A stretch of 32,445 bases of DNA from a virus (lineage: Duplodnaviria; Caudoviricetes): the IMG/VR virus record IMGVR_UViG_3300031999_000124, positions 1 through 32,445 of that record. One strand, given 5' to 3'. This document shows, in pieces, positions 1-11,075 of the stretch. Within the stretch, counting starts at the first letter, position 1. The number at the start of each line of letters is the position of its first letter. The notes beneath the pieces are model-generated. The model did no database searches. It saw only the letters and a list, made by a program, of their open reading frames with translations, and was not told where the DNA came from. The position numbers were made by a program, and so were the translations under genes.

Positions 1-7
1 CATCTAT

Positions 8-1225
8 TTAATGTTTAATCCATTTATATTGACCTCGTAATGCTTTTGTAAATTCTTCTAATTTAATATTAGATAACCTTAGTTTAGTGTTTCTTAGTTT
101 AGCAAATCTTTCTTGTTTTAATCTTTGTACAACATACTCAGGTTGGTTTGAGCGAGTAGATATAATAGCATGTATAATATGAGCATATAACGCTTCCTCC
201 GCCATCTTAGGCACTTTAGTGTCCAAATCATAAGCTAACCCATCAGATATATATTCTAATAAGATTAATGATCCAACCAAATCGCTACTGAATGATATTT
301 TTCCTTCTCTATCATTCATAATGAAAGTTCCATTAAAATTAGCATTTACAGTATCCATGCCATATCGCTGCCCTAAATAATTATAAGTGTTTGCTCCTTG
401 ATCATTAAAGTTCAAACTAGACAATCTATCTCTAACTTGGTTTGCTGTAGGTTTATCAGCTTTCCAACGTTCTTCCATTATAGAAGTACCAGTTATATTA
501 GCATCAAAAGTATCTTGTACTGGAATTCCTTCAGTATCTTGTACCGGCATTGTATATGGCGAACCATTTAACATGCCTGGGTATATAATATGCTTTACTC
601 CATTACTGTCAATACGCGAGATCTTAACATAGTTCACGTAATCTTGCGGGATTATTACATTAAGGCTTGGTGGTATAGTTAGTTCCTGAGATTTTATGCT
701 TCTTAAAGTATCATAACTAAATTCTTGCATACCACGTTTAGCGTGGAATATTACGTCCGTACGTTTAACATCAGATATTAATTTACCAGCGCCGACATAT
801 GCAATAAGAAAGTTATTTATAATATCATCTAATGTAATATAAGCATAGCTACCATAGTTCTCCTCAACAACTGTTCCAAAAGCATTATTATCGCCATACT
901 TTCCGCCTTCTAATCTTTTTAATTGAACTAGAAAAATTTGTCCTTGTTGAGGTACTCCACTTACTAGTATTGTGCCATTAGGTAGTACGCTCCTAACATT
1001 ATGATCTTCTAATTCAAACGAAATTCCATTGTCTGAACTTTTATAGAATTTAAAATTATTTAATTCATAATTATCATTATCTACATTAGACGACTTCCAT
1101 ATAAGGGGCGTATTAAACCCATCAAAATAAAAAGTATCTTGTTCTTCAAAAGCAATAATACTTTGTGCTCCTTCGTAGTATTGTCTATTGGTTTCTGTAA
1201 TTATACCATTATTATTAAGCGCCAT
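8..1225 (-). CDS. Putative tail ring/tubular (head-tail connector) protein
   Basis: 405-aa ORF downstream of the capsid module. The C-terminal half (IIPQDYVNYVKI...LEYISDGL) resembles podovirus ring proteins; called from position and recalled similarity. Confidence 0.55.
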   Translation of the reverse strand: MALNNNGIITETNRQYYEGAQSIIAFEEQDTFYFDGFNTPLIWKSSNVDNDNYELNNFKFYKSSDNGISFELEDHNVRSVLPNGTILVSGVPQQGQIFLVQLKRLEGGKYGDNNAFGTVVEENYGSYAYITLDDIINNFLIAYVGAGKLISDVKRTDVIFHAKRGMQEFSYDTLRSIKSQELTIPPSLNVIIPQDYVNYVKISRIDSNGVKHIIYPGMLNGSPYTMPVQDTEGIPVQDTFDANITGTSIMEERWKADKPTANQVRDRLSSLNFNDQGANTYNYLGQRYGMDTVNANFNGTFIMNDREGKISFSSDLVGSLILLEYISDGLAYDLDTKVPKMAEEALYAHIIHAIISTRSNQPEYVVQRLKQERFAKLRNTKLRLSNIKLEEFTKALRGQYKWIKH

Positions 1226-1231
1226 ATCTTA

Positions 1232-1921
1232 TTATTGTTTTTCATTCATGTTATCTTGTTGTACTTTTTGAGACGCTATCTGGATAATTTGCGGATCTCT
1301 AATAATAATTCCGGCATATTCCAATATTCTTACAATTAATTCAACCTGCTCAGATTGATGCAATTCAAAATTTGTTGATGTACTAGAATTGTATACATAA
1401 TTACCTAAGTTGCTATTTACGGTAAATCCCCAGGTTACTGAAGACGGGAATTTTAAATAGTTAGCGCTAACCCCAGATATTATTGTTTCAGGGAATACCT
1501 TTACAAGACTATCTTCATATAAATAAATAGGGTAAGTATTAGACGGCTTTGTTAGTTTAGATCTATATAAATTATAAAATTCATTTCTTTGCACACGTTG
1601 TATTTCACTATTATTGTAAATAACGCTGCCTAATTGCTGCAAATCCGAAGGCACTATAAACCCATTTGTGCTATAATTTATTGAGTTAGTTCTTTTAAAT
1701 AAAGCTATTTTTTCATCAAGTAAATCTACTCGGTCAGCGTAATCTAAATCAGTTTGTGGAACCCTAAGCAATTGGTTTAAGTCCTCAAAATACTTTAAGT
1801 ATATTTCAAGTTGTACCTGCGTACCAATTTTATTAAACTCATCAGGCGTCATATACCCTCTTTGTTCTTTATTAAGTATTAATAAGACTGTCTTATAAAC
1901 TGTATCTACACTTACTGCCAT
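1232..1921 (-). CDS. Putative tail ring/adaptor protein (P22 gp4-like role)
   Basis: 229 aa; N-terminus LILNKEQRGYMTPDEFN, size and position typical of ring proteins in crAss-like head-tail modules. Confidence 0.6.
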   Translation of the reverse strand: MAVSVDTVYKTVLLILNKEQRGYMTPDEFNKIGTQVQLEIYLKYFEDLNQLLRVPQTDLDYADRVDLLDEKIALFKRTNSINYSTNGFIVPSDLQQLGSVIYNNSEIQRVQRNEFYNLYRSKLTKPSNTYPIYLYEDSLVKVFPETIISGVSANYLKFPSSVTWGFTVNSNLGNYVYNSSTSTNFELHQSEQVELIVRILEYAGIIIRDPQIIQIASQKVQQDNMNEKQ

Positions 1922-1946
1922 TTGTTATCTTTATTATAATAAATAA

Positions 1947-1978
1947 GCGGATACTGCAGTTTTATTTACAATATCCGC
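1947..1978 (-). terminator. Intergenic hairpin (terminator or processing stem)
   Basis: On the minus strand GCGGATATTGTA pairs with TGCAGTATCCGC (two G-U pairs), followed by TTATTTATT. Confidence 0.5.
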
Positions 1979-1998
1979 CTAAGTATTAGTATTACATG

Positions 1999-2859
1999 TT
2001 ATTTTAGTTTTTTCTCTATAGATTTGAAGATTGTAATACCTTCATCTGTTTTAAAGAAAGCCGCCATAGCTGAATAAGGATTCTCATCAAAAGGAATAGT
2101 CATTAACTTCCTATCATTTTCACCCCAATGGAATGTTCTTTGATCTTGTGATAATTTTAAAATTCCAACTTCAGTAGCTCTAATAGCTAAGTTTCTTAAA
2201 GGTACATTATCATCATTTGCTAATTCTAAGAATAAGTTAGGATTTTTTCTAGCCATTAACAATAAATCTCTTCTAATCTCCTTAGAACTCATCTTATTAA
2301 CTCTAGTACCAACTTGTACTCTTACAATAGCTTCTGCCATATCTATATCCATATCAAAAGCAGCGTTCATTGCTTCTACTTCTAATTCTATAACCTCCAA
2401 TTCGTCTTCAGCTTCTACAGTTGGATCAAATTCCATGTATTTCTTATTTAGACCTGGGTGATAAATGGAAAGAAGTTTCTGTAGATTTTGTTTTTCTTTT
2501 GGTACATTTAGTACACCTTCTGAAAACATGATATGACCTAGTGTTACTTGACCTTTTTGTTCACTAACTAAAGGTGAATTTTGATTTGTAGCATATCTTA
2601 GTTCCTCTTGTTGTCCTGTTTCTTTATCAAACCACAACAATGGGTATCTAAGCGTATGTTTACCTTGTAATGTATAAGTTAAAGGAGAATGACTATCTGT
2701 GATAATATAAACTCTATCTTTTATTTCCCATTTAGGTTTAGTGTCTTTAACTTCTACTGTCTTTTTAGTTACAGTTTCCTCTGTATATTCTTTAGTTAAT
2801 ACATTATTTGTGTTAACTTCTTGTAATTCTTTTTCTTTTGTTTTTTGCGTTGTCGCCAT
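1999..2859 (-). CDS. Conserved phage protein downstream of MCP, function unknown
   Basis: 286-aa intact ORF directly after the MCP terminator, with an AT-rich initiation region. Confidence 0.6.
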   Translation of the reverse strand: MATTQKTKEKELQEVNTNNVLTKEYTEETVTKKTVEVKDTKPKWEIKDRVYIITDSHSPLTYTLQGKHTLRYPLLWFDKETGQQEELRYATNQNSPLVSEQKGQVTLGHIMFSEGVLNVPKEKQNLQKLLSIYHPGLNKKYMEFDPTVEAEDELEVIELEVEAMNAAFDMDIDMAEAIVRVQVGTRVNKMSSKEIRRDLLLMARKNPNLFLELANDDNVPLRNLAIRATEVGILKLSQDQRTFHWGENDRKLMTIPFDENPYSAMAAFFKTDEGITIFKSIEKKLK

Positions 2860-2887
2860 AATATAATATAATTTAATAGTTTATTTT

Positions 2888-2933
2888 AAAAGGTAATAAT
2901 TACCCCTATCAGTTCAACAGGGGTAATATTACC
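2888..2933 (-). terminator. Rho-independent terminator after MCP
   Basis: Long inverted repeat GGTAATATTACCCCT...AGGGGTAATTATTACC followed by TTTT on the minus strand, just after the MCP stop. Confidence 0.75.
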
Positions 2934-2939
2934 AGGTTT

Positions 2940-4406
2940 TTATACTGAAGCAGTAAACAATACGAAATTGTTAGCAGCTTGAGTAACTAGACATCTTTCA
3001 GACAAGAAGTGTACTTGCATTGCGTCAAGATCAGAAGTGTAAGCACCTCCAACAGATCCAGTGATCCAAGTTTTCATCTTACGATCATCAGCTTGGTTAG
3101 CTCTGTAACGAACGTGTAAGAATGGACGACGAATATTAGTACCTAATTGTTGATCATATACTGTAGATGTTCCAGCGGGAATAAGGATACCATCGATAGA
3201 TGTATTAGCAATACCACCACGAGTAGAGGCATCGTTAAGATATTTCCAGTCAGTTTTGTAGAAATCATAAGATCCACGACGGAAACCAGAGAAACCTAAG
3301 TTCAATGCCATTTGCTCAGAGTTTTCAAACAATCCATAAGCTACACCACCAGCAGCACCTGAAGATAGAGAAGCAAGCATATCATCAAAGTCAAGAGAAG
3401 TGGCTCTGTTCAAGAAGAACATGTTTTCTTCAATTGCTCCTTGAGTATCTAAGTTTTTCAAGATTGAATCAAAATCACTAAGACCTGATGCAGCAGTAAA
3501 ATTATTTACAACATTACCTCTACTTCTAACAGCAGCAAAAAGACCTTCTGTTCCTTTAAGAGCATTAGCAGATGTAAGTGTAGAAGCGCCAGAAACAAGT
3601 TCACCTTCAATAACAGACATTTCCAAGTAATCTTCAAAACGAAGTCTTGTTTCAGCTTCAGCTTTTAAGTACCACAAGAAACCACCAGTACCATCTTCAG
3701 TAGCAACTTCAACCCAACCAATTTGAGCAGTGTCAGAACCAGAGATTTGGTATCTTTCTTTGATGATAATAGGAGAGTTACTGTATTGAGTAAAAGAAGG
3801 AGTTACAGAGTTTAAAGTAGCATCTGTAGTACCTTTCTTAAATTCAGAACCATATACAAAGATCTTAAGATCAGTAGCACTAGCAAAGTTAACAGCATTA
3901 CCAGGACCATTAGTTAAATCTAACTGAGTATATGGTTTAACTGTTAAAGTAGCTGGGTTTGTATCACCACCAGTTCCAGTAGATGCAGTAGCAGATGTAG
4001 CTGTAACATAAACTTTAAGTTCTTTTCCTGTAGAAGGACTCATAACTACTAAAGTTTGCCCAATAGATATAACGTTGTTAACAAAAGCAGCACCAGAACC
4101 ACCAGTAACAAATGATAAACCATCAGCACCAGTACATGATACGTTGTTGTAAGCAATATGTAATCTGTTTTGTTCAGACCAAATAACTTGATCAGATGAC
4201 ATTGGCATTTCAGCTCCTACCATACGTAAGAATCCAGAAAGAGTTCTGTTTCCGTAACGTTCTACTTCTGCTTCGTAGATTTCTGGAAGATATTGTTGAG
4301 AGAAGTTTTTACCACTTCCGTCCGTAAAGTTCAAATAATTTGACTCTAACGCTTGTTGTTTTTGACTCGGTTTAATTGAACCGAAATTTGGTGACACATT
4401 TGCCAT
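2940..4406 (-). CDS. Major capsid protein
   Basis: 488 aa; follows portal and scaffold and is followed by a strong terminator. Sequence character matches HK97-fold MCPs of crAss-related Bacteroidota phages (IIKERYQISGSD, EGLFAAV). Confidence 0.85.
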   Translation of the reverse strand: MANVSPNFGSIKPSQKQQALESNYLNFTDGSGKNFSQQYLPEIYEAEVERYGNRTLSGFLRMVGAEMPMSSDQVIWSEQNRLHIAYNNVSCTGADGLSFVTGGSGAAFVNNVISIGQTLVVMSPSTGKELKVYVTATSATASTGTGGDTNPATLTVKPYTQLDLTNGPGNAVNFASATDLKIFVYGSEFKKGTTDATLNSVTPSFTQYSNSPIIIKERYQISGSDTAQIGWVEVATEDGTGGFLWYLKAEAETRLRFEDYLEMSVIEGELVSGASTLTSANALKGTEGLFAAVRSRGNVVNNFTAASGLSDFDSILKNLDTQGAIEENMFFLNRATSLDFDDMLASLSSGAAGGVAYGLFENSEQMALNLGFSGFRRGSYDFYKTDWKYLNDASTRGGIANTSIDGILIPAGTSTVYDQQLGTNIRRPFLHVRYRANQADDRKMKTWITGSVGGAYTSDLDAMQVHFLSERCLVTQAANNFVLFTASV

Positions 4407-4418
4407 AATTTCTTAATT

Positions 4419-5600
4419 TTAATTGTTAAATTTTTTTGTTTGTATTTTTAATTTTGAAGAATCAAAACCACTAACAGATTTAACTCTTAATCCATTTATA
4501 AAAACTTCACCAGGAGCTTGTCTTGGTTGATTTGTACTAGGATTTTTAGAATTAGCAATAACTTCTTTTACAGCATCGGCTTTACCTTGCTCATAGAAAT
4601 GTTGCGCGATTCTATCAGAGTTCATCGCAGTGTACAAAGCCTTATGATAACTTTTTTGGTCACTAATATTTCCTTCTTTATCCAGGAACTTCCCGAGGAA
4701 ATTGTTAATGTCTGATTGTTTCTCTGCTACTTGTTCGTTGTTTTGGATACCATATCTAAATCTTTTATCTCCGACATTGTATTCAAAACCTTTGAAATCA
4801 TCGTTAAATAAATTTTTAGTAGCCTGTTTAAAACGTTCATGTCGCATTTTAGACTCATCTTCATTCTTCTTGTATCGGTTAAAAAATTCAGAAACTTCTC
4901 TTTGTTCTTGAGTCATACCAGGTCTCAACTTGATCTCCTCGTAATATTTACTCTTTATTGACTCTAAGTAGTTCTTAGCTTTTACAACCTCTTCTTTATA
5001 AGCGAGTTTCTTCTTACGAATATCTCGTTCTTCTTCTAAATCCTCATCAAAGAAAAAAGTATCTTCCATTAGGAATTGTATTTCTTCTTGATCTAGATGA
5101 GGTTTTGTTGATTTATAATATTCTCTTAACAGTACGTCTTCACCTACACTTGAATAGTCAGTATTTAATCTAACATAATCTTCAACAGTTCCACCAGTTT
5201 CCTCCATAAAGGCAACTAGTTTTTCGATGTTTTCTGGTAATTGTTTTCCTGTATTTATTTGTTCTTGAACACTTTCTTTAAGTTCTTCTTTAATATCAAC
5301 AACTATTTCTTCGTTGGTGATTTCTTCAATAACATTTTCAATGGTCCCTTGGTCTCCTTGTTCCATTTCTCGCAATTCCACTTCGGATTGTTCTGTGCGT
5401 AACACGCTTTCATCTGTGCTTTGGATTTGAATGGCATCTGGATCTGGATTAGTTGTTTGTATTGTTACTTTGGTAATATCTTGTTCTGTAGTTGGAGTAG
5501 ATAAATCTACTTTAACAACTGAATCTTCTTTACCTAGATTTCTAGGTTTTTTAGGTTTAGGCATTTTAAATTCACCTTCTTGTTTTATAATTTCCGACAT
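4419..5600 (-). CDS. Putative capsid scaffolding/assembly protein
   Basis: 393 aa with an acidic, disordered N-half and helical C-half; lies between portal and MCP. Confidence 0.6.
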   Translation of the reverse strand: MSEIIKQEGEFKMPKPKKPRNLGKEDSVVKVDLSTPTTEQDITKVTIQTTNPDPDAIQIQSTDESVLRTEQSEVELREMEQGDQGTIENVIEEITNEEIVVDIKEELKESVQEQINTGKQLPENIEKLVAFMEETGGTVEDYVRLNTDYSSVGEDVLLREYYKSTKPHLDQEEIQFLMEDTFFFDEDLEEERDIRKKKLAYKEEVVKAKNYLESIKSKYYEEIKLRPGMTQEQREVSEFFNRYKKNEDESKMRHERFKQATKNLFNDDFKGFEYNVGDKRFRYGIQNNEQVAEKQSDINNFLGKFLDKEGNISDQKSYHKALYTAMNSDRIAQHFYEQGKADAVKEVIANSKNPSTNQPRQAPGEVFINGLRVKSVSGFDSSKLKIQTKKFNN

Positions 5601-5630
5601 AATATAATATAATTAAATAGTTAACTTATT

Positions 5631-8024
5631 TTATAAACCCATACCACCTAAACCATCAAATTGCGAAGATTCAAAAGCTTGTGGAAGTGAGTTATTTTTT
5701 CTTTGATTTATTAATTCAGATTGTTGAGATGCTTGAATCTTTGTTCTTTCATCTTTTCTATCTTCTGCTGTTTGTAATTTTTGACTTTCAACACTTGACT
5801 TTAATTGAGCAAGTTGCATGTTATATTGAAACTCTTGTTCCATTAACTGTTGTTTTAATTGAGTCTCCATCTGAATTCTTTCCATTTCAAATTGAGATTT
5901 TGCTCTTTCTATATTAACAGTTTCTTGAGTTAATGCTTGTTGTTTTTGAACCTCGTATAAAGCAGCTTGTTGAGCTGTTTGTTGATTTGCTTGAGCTTGT
6001 GCTTGTATATTAGCCATCTGAATAGCTTGCATAGCTTTTTGTTTCTTAGTTTTTCTAAACTTAAGAACTTGATTTGCCATTTTTAGATTTTTAATCTGTC
6101 TAATATCTATGGCATCATCTAAATCTATACTTTGATTTTGTAAAGCAATTTGTATGTTTTGTTCTAACATTGCTTTCTCTTCTTCATCTGGTTCTAATTC
6201 TAGATATATACCAAAGTCATGAAGATTAAGATTTTTTATATCTCTTAATGTAGCAGTATTATAAGTACTTATACTTTGTTCTAATACATTCGCTGTTAAA
6301 GGAAAATCTAAACAATCAGCTATCCTTAACGACACATTCTCGCATGTTTTAAGAGTCAAATATAAACTAGATTGTAATATGTGCTTAGTTGCTGTATTTG
6401 ATGCGTTAGCGGCCATCTTCTGTAATCCTACTAAAGTGTCTTTATCAACCATACTTCCATCTCTAGCTTCATTAAGACCAGTAACATCTCTTATCATTTG
6501 TAAATAGTACTGATATGTCTGAATTAAAGATGCTAATTTAGCTTGACCTGAAGAACTTGTTAGTTCTTGAATAGGTATTTTTGCTGCGTTTAATCCTCCT
6601 TCTTGTGTTAATGATCTACCAACTATACTACCAGTTTGGAAATACATGTTTAATGCTTCTGCTGGATTATAATTAGTTCCATTACCTAGATCAACATCAG
6701 CAAAACCATCTACATCTACAAAAACTCCATCAGGAATCATTCTAGACATTACTTGCTGTATTTTTAAATGAGTTAATTGAATCATGTCAGCAAAACCAGT
6801 GATCTTGTTAACTGTTGAATCAATTTTACCTTTATACATTCTAGGAGCAGTTATAGAGTAGTTCATCTCTACCTTAGTAGTATCTGCAAATGGTCTAGTC
6901 ATGTGTTCTGACATTTTCCATTCAAGCATAGTATTTGTACCTAGTATTTTTGCTCCAGTGTATAATACCTCTATAGTTCTAGATACTCTTTCAAAATTAT
7001 CACTTGGTGGTGGATTAAATTCATCTGTTTTCTCTATAACTTTCTCTAAACCATTATCACCATATTTTATTTTAAAAACTTGATTCATATAAGTCTTATA
7101 CTCAAAGTATAATACTTGAACAGTATTCTCATCATAATTACCCCAACCAGTGACATATTGCCTATTACCAGGCATATTCTGAATCTTCAATAATTCTTCT
7201 TCTGATATATTTGGAAATTCTTTTTTTAATTCAGATAATGTAATTCCTTTTATTTCTCCTACGTAGTATATATCTTCAAAATTAGGATCTTCTGTGTATG
7301 AGTATACAATATAAGATGGATCTACATAGTCTATTGTTATGCCTTCACTCTTATTGAAACTAGTTTTAACACAAGCTATTCCCAATACAGTCAAGTCATA
7401 ATTTAATCTTCTTCTAGTTAAGTCCCATTTATTATTAGCTAATACATTGTTTATTGCCTCTTCTTCAGCTATTTCAATAGACTGTTTATAGGTTAATTGC
7501 ATGTGTATGTCTAATTCTTCTTTTGTTTCTGGAAGTTCTTCTAAAGAAAGAGGTGAGTTAGAAAGATCCATTCCAATTAAGTCTTTTGCTTTCTTTATTG
7601 AATCCTTAGAGTACATATCCCTAAGAATTGATTGAGCGTAAGCTGTTCTTGCTTGTAAAGATTCTGGATCTTGAGCATAAGCTTTTATATCATAAGTCTT
7701 TTGCGACATTCCATTAACTACAATATCAACAAACTTAGATATTACAGGTACTGGTCTCCAGTCTAAGTTTAAATATGAAATATCTCCATTAGTAGCTAAT
7801 TCATCTTTATACTTTTGTACAGATTGTTCTCCTCTAGCATATAATCTTAATTGGTGAAAATTAACCCAATTAGAAGCGTATCTATTGTTGTTTGCTCTGG
7901 TATTACCAAACCATTCTTGTTCTATAGCTCTAGATACCTGCAATCCATATTCTTCAGAAGCTTTTTCTGCGTCACTAACAACTTGACTTGGAAATGCACT
8001 ATTAGTATTTGTATATACACTCAT
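5631..8024 (-). CDS. Portal protein
   Basis: 797 aa directly after TerL, with the long Q/A-rich C-terminal coiled coil typical of P22/crAss-type portals. Confidence 0.85.
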   Translation of the reverse strand: MSVYTNTNSAFPSQVVSDAEKASEEYGLQVSRAIEQEWFGNTRANNNRYASNWVNFHQLRLYARGEQSVQKYKDELATNGDISYLNLDWRPVPVISKFVDIVVNGMSQKTYDIKAYAQDPESLQARTAYAQSILRDMYSKDSIKKAKDLIGMDLSNSPLSLEELPETKEELDIHMQLTYKQSIEIAEEEAINNVLANNKWDLTRRRLNYDLTVLGIACVKTSFNKSEGITIDYVDPSYIVYSYTEDPNFEDIYYVGEIKGITLSELKKEFPNISEEELLKIQNMPGNRQYVTGWGNYDENTVQVLYFEYKTYMNQVFKIKYGDNGLEKVIEKTDEFNPPPSDNFERVSRTIEVLYTGAKILGTNTMLEWKMSEHMTRPFADTTKVEMNYSITAPRMYKGKIDSTVNKITGFADMIQLTHLKIQQVMSRMIPDGVFVDVDGFADVDLGNGTNYNPAEALNMYFQTGSIVGRSLTQEGGLNAAKIPIQELTSSSGQAKLASLIQTYQYYLQMIRDVTGLNEARDGSMVDKDTLVGLQKMAANASNTATKHILQSSLYLTLKTCENVSLRIADCLDFPLTANVLEQSISTYNTATLRDIKNLNLHDFGIYLELEPDEEEKAMLEQNIQIALQNQSIDLDDAIDIRQIKNLKMANQVLKFRKTKKQKAMQAIQMANIQAQAQANQQTAQQAALYEVQKQQALTQETVNIERAKSQFEMERIQMETQLKQQLMEQEFQYNMQLAQLKSSVESQKLQTAEDRKDERTKIQASQQSELINQRKNNSLPQAFESSQFDGLGGMGL

Positions 8025-8027
8025 TTA

Positions 8028-10247
8028 TTAATATATTTTTGATAAAGAACCATTGTTATCGTATTTTTTTATTCCTAAATCGTAAACCTGTCTAACAACT
8101 TTTACAGATGGACTATACCTATGTTTGTTACATGCCATTATAGCTAATCCAGAACTTATAGAAGCATCATGATCTGTTCTATTATTTATATTAAATCTAG
8201 CCCAGTCGTTAAGTGTTCTATTAAAATACATGTTTCCATATCCAGTTTCTGTTAGTCCTATGTATTCTTCAATATGTGATTCTATAGCAGAAGCGTGTGC
8301 TTGTTTTATATCTTCACTAGAGTTAGGTATTCCACCAATCTCTCTTTCAGTTACAGATAAATTATTCCAAACTTTATCAGGTCTATTCATTGAAAAACCT
8401 CTATAACCTCTTCTTTTAAAATGATATAATAATCTAGGTTTATTATTCTCTGCAAGTATTGGCATACCGTAGAATATACATGCCATTAAAACTTCTTCAA
8501 AAAATATCTCAGCAGTTTGTGGTCTAGCTATATATTCTAAGAAAAAAGAATTTGGCGGTGCATCTTCCATAGAAAACTTAGTTAATCCACTTAATGCTCC
8601 GTTAGATCCTTTACCATCTACAGTACCTGATATATCGTAAGGGTCACACCCAAACGCTCCAACGTGTTCATTACCAGGATACTTTAAACCGTTTTTTATT
8701 ATTATATTGTTTTGTAATTGTAACGGTGGAACCCATGATATTAAAAACCTACCATCTTTATTTGGATAGAATATAACTTTAGTATCTTGTATGCCATTTT
8801 CCCATTGAAAACTACCTTTGGTTATAATACCAGTATTTCTTAAATCTTCATTATAATCTATCTGTTCGTATATCTTTGTAAGATTAAATAAAGATTGTTT
8901 TGATTCATCTCTAAAAGCGTGTTGTTCTGTTCTTGGAAATTGTCTGTAGTATTCATTTAAACTGTCTTGATCTGACTTTAAACCATCTACTTCATTTTGC
9001 CAATGTTCTATAACACCTAAATCTATTTCATTACCATCTACACCTATAACTGGTTTTGACGGAGTGTCGAATACAGGTACTCCATAAGTATCAATGAATC
9101 CCTCGAACGACCATTCCATAGGTATAAACAAACTATATAATCCTGAACTAGTCTGTCCATTGCGGTTTCTTTTCGTAACATCTGAATTCTCATAAAGTTT
9201 CTTAAAGTTTTCACCACCTTTATCTAACGCGTTTGATGTTGAACCCATCATACATTTACCAATAACCTTACTACCTAATCTGAGTGTTGTTTTAGTAACC
9301 CTCCAGTTGTTTAATATATTATCTGGTCTTTCCCATTTACCACTTTCATCATGTACTAATAGTTTTAATTTTTCACCATCATAACTATTATCTCCAGTAT
9401 TCTTCCAGTCAATTGTTGTATCTAATCCATCTAATTCTTCTAACTTCTCATTAGAATCTAATTTACGTCTAGTAAGTTTAGATGCTGGTATTCTGTAAGC
9501 TAATTCTGTTTTAGGTCTATCCATACCGTCTTGGATAGGTTTAAAAAAGAAAGGATAATTTATTGATATTGGAACTACTTTGTCAGTAAACATCTTTTTA
9601 GCATCTGCTCCAGATTTTGATAATATACCAAATCTAGAATCACTTGACATAGTTGCTATATTTACTAATTCAGCAGATGACATAAATGAAAATCCAGAAC
9701 GTCTATTTTTTAAGTAACACATTCCATAACATCTAGGATCAGCTTTACATGCTTCCCAAAATAAAAAGAATAATCTGTTTGATTCCCTGAAATCAGGTGC
9801 TCCAACGTCAATCTTACTCCATTGAAGATACATGTAGTGTGTACCTGTTATATATGTTGGTTTACCATTATTATAAAAGAATAAACCTTCTTCTCTATAT
9901 TTAAACTCGTTGTCTATGTAATCGTACCATTTTTCTTTAAAAACATCTGGTTGTTTATTCCAATCAAAAGTATTTTTTATCTTACTTATTTCTTTAGGAT
10001 AAACCATTTGTTCCCAATACTGTTCTTCTTTTATCTTAGATCTTGAATAAGAATCTTCGACTAATGGTAATGCTATTCTTAGATTTTGGATTTCGTATAT
10101 TTCACCAATCTTTCCAGTTTTACTAATAACAACCATATCATGGTCTTTATTATACCCATATTTCCATTTGTTAAGACGGTTATATTGTTTTATAACACTT
10201 GGTTTTATATAATCTGGTACTACTTTATAAAGTGATTGCTCGTACAT
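8028..10247 (-). CDS. terL: Terminase large subunit
   Basis: 739 aa with Walker-A variant KNRRSGFS, Walker-B LLVHDESGK, coupling motif GST and RNase H-like GCDPYD. Confidence 0.9.
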   Translation of the reverse strand: MYEQSLYKVVPDYIKPSVIKQYNRLNKWKYGYNKDHDMVVISKTGKIGEIYEIQNLRIALPLVEDSYSRSKIKEEQYWEQMVYPKEISKIKNTFDWNKQPDVFKEKWYDYIDNEFKYREEGLFFYNNGKPTYITGTHYMYLQWSKIDVGAPDFRESNRLFFLFWEACKADPRCYGMCYLKNRRSGFSFMSSAELVNIATMSSDSRFGILSKSGADAKKMFTDKVVPISINYPFFFKPIQDGMDRPKTELAYRIPASKLTRRKLDSNEKLEELDGLDTTIDWKNTGDNSYDGEKLKLLVHDESGKWERPDNILNNWRVTKTTLRLGSKVIGKCMMGSTSNALDKGGENFKKLYENSDVTKRNRNGQTSSGLYSLFIPMEWSFEGFIDTYGVPVFDTPSKPVIGVDGNEIDLGVIEHWQNEVDGLKSDQDSLNEYYRQFPRTEQHAFRDESKQSLFNLTKIYEQIDYNEDLRNTGIITKGSFQWENGIQDTKVIFYPNKDGRFLISWVPPLQLQNNIIIKNGLKYPGNEHVGAFGCDPYDISGTVDGKGSNGALSGLTKFSMEDAPPNSFFLEYIARPQTAEIFFEEVLMACIFYGMPILAENNKPRLLYHFKRRGYRGFSMNRPDKVWNNLSVTEREIGGIPNSSEDIKQAHASAIESHIEEYIGLTETGYGNMYFNRTLNDWARFNINNRTDHDASISSGLAIMACNKHRYSPSVKVVRQVYDLGIKKYDNNGSLSKIY

Positions 10248-10522
10248 TATTTAGATCTCCCTTCCGCAAAACCTTTAAATACCTTATTGCTAACTTCTTT
10301 TTCACTATCATTTAACATCTTCTCTTCTTCTTCTATTCTAGAAAGAATTTCAAATGCGTCAAATATTGCTAGTTTTTTAGTAGCAGCGGCATTCTTTAAT
10401 TTATCAGCAGCTAAATCATCTTCACCATTATCTAATATAGCTTCTTCAGCTACTTTGATTAGTTCTAATACTGCTTTGTGTCCAGCTAGGATTATATTCT
10501 GCTTCGTTTCCTTTATATTCAT
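10247..10522 (-). CDS. Probable terminase small subunit
   Basis: 91-aa helical ORF translationally coupled (TAATG) to terL; positional inference. Confidence 0.5.
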   Translation of the reverse strand: MNIKETKQNIILAGHKAVLELIKVAEEAILDNGEDDLAADKLKNAAATKKLAIFDAFEILSRIEEEEKMLNDSEKEVSNKVFKGFAEGRSK

Positions 10523-11075
10523 ATTTAATTACAATATCATTAGATTTCATACAATATAGTCTTTGTCCTTCTACAACAAAGTCAAATTCTCCACCTGGAG
10601 TATAACCAACTAAGTCTCCCTCGTTGATTTTAAGTGATTCTAAGGAACTATTTCCGTATTTTAATATACCAATTAGTTTCCTCTCTTTATCATTGCTTAG
10701 ATGACTAGTATTTTTAATTGGTTTTATAAAACATCTGTCACCAAATGATTTCCAATCAACATCACTTTTATATAAATATATTTGATCTATGTCACAGAAA
10801 TACATGTTATCCATAAAGAATGCTCTACTGTTTTTTTGATTACCTCTAATATCATAGAAGCGTCTAAAAACATTATGGTGTATTATAACAAGATCACCAA
10901 CTTTAATGTTAGTTGAATAAGCTAACGGAGTCGATACAACTTCCGCTAGATTATTCACAGATTTGAAACTTTCTATTTTAGTATTTAATACTAATTCTTT
11001 TTCACCAATCTTTAGTTTGTTATTGTATCTATCACCAACCGGTTTTACTATAAAACTAAATACACTTCTCATCAA
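10446..11075 (-). CDS. Tandem GroES-like (double co-chaperonin domain) protein
   Basis: Two GroES-like repeats: FIVKP...AEVVS...IKVGDLVII and GDRCFIKP...INEGDLVGY...LYCMKSNDIV. Confidence 0.65.
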   Translation of the reverse strand: MMRSVFSFIVKPVGDRYNNKLKIGEKELVLNTKIESFKSVNNLAEVVSTPLAYSTNIKVGDLVIIHHNVFRRFYDIRGNQKNSRAFFMDNMYFCDIDQIYLYKSDVDWKSFGDRCFIKPIKNTSHLSNDKERKLIGILKYGNSSLESLKINEGDLVGYTPGGEFDFVVEGQRLYCMKSNDIVIKYEYKGNEAEYNPSWTQSSIRTNQSS

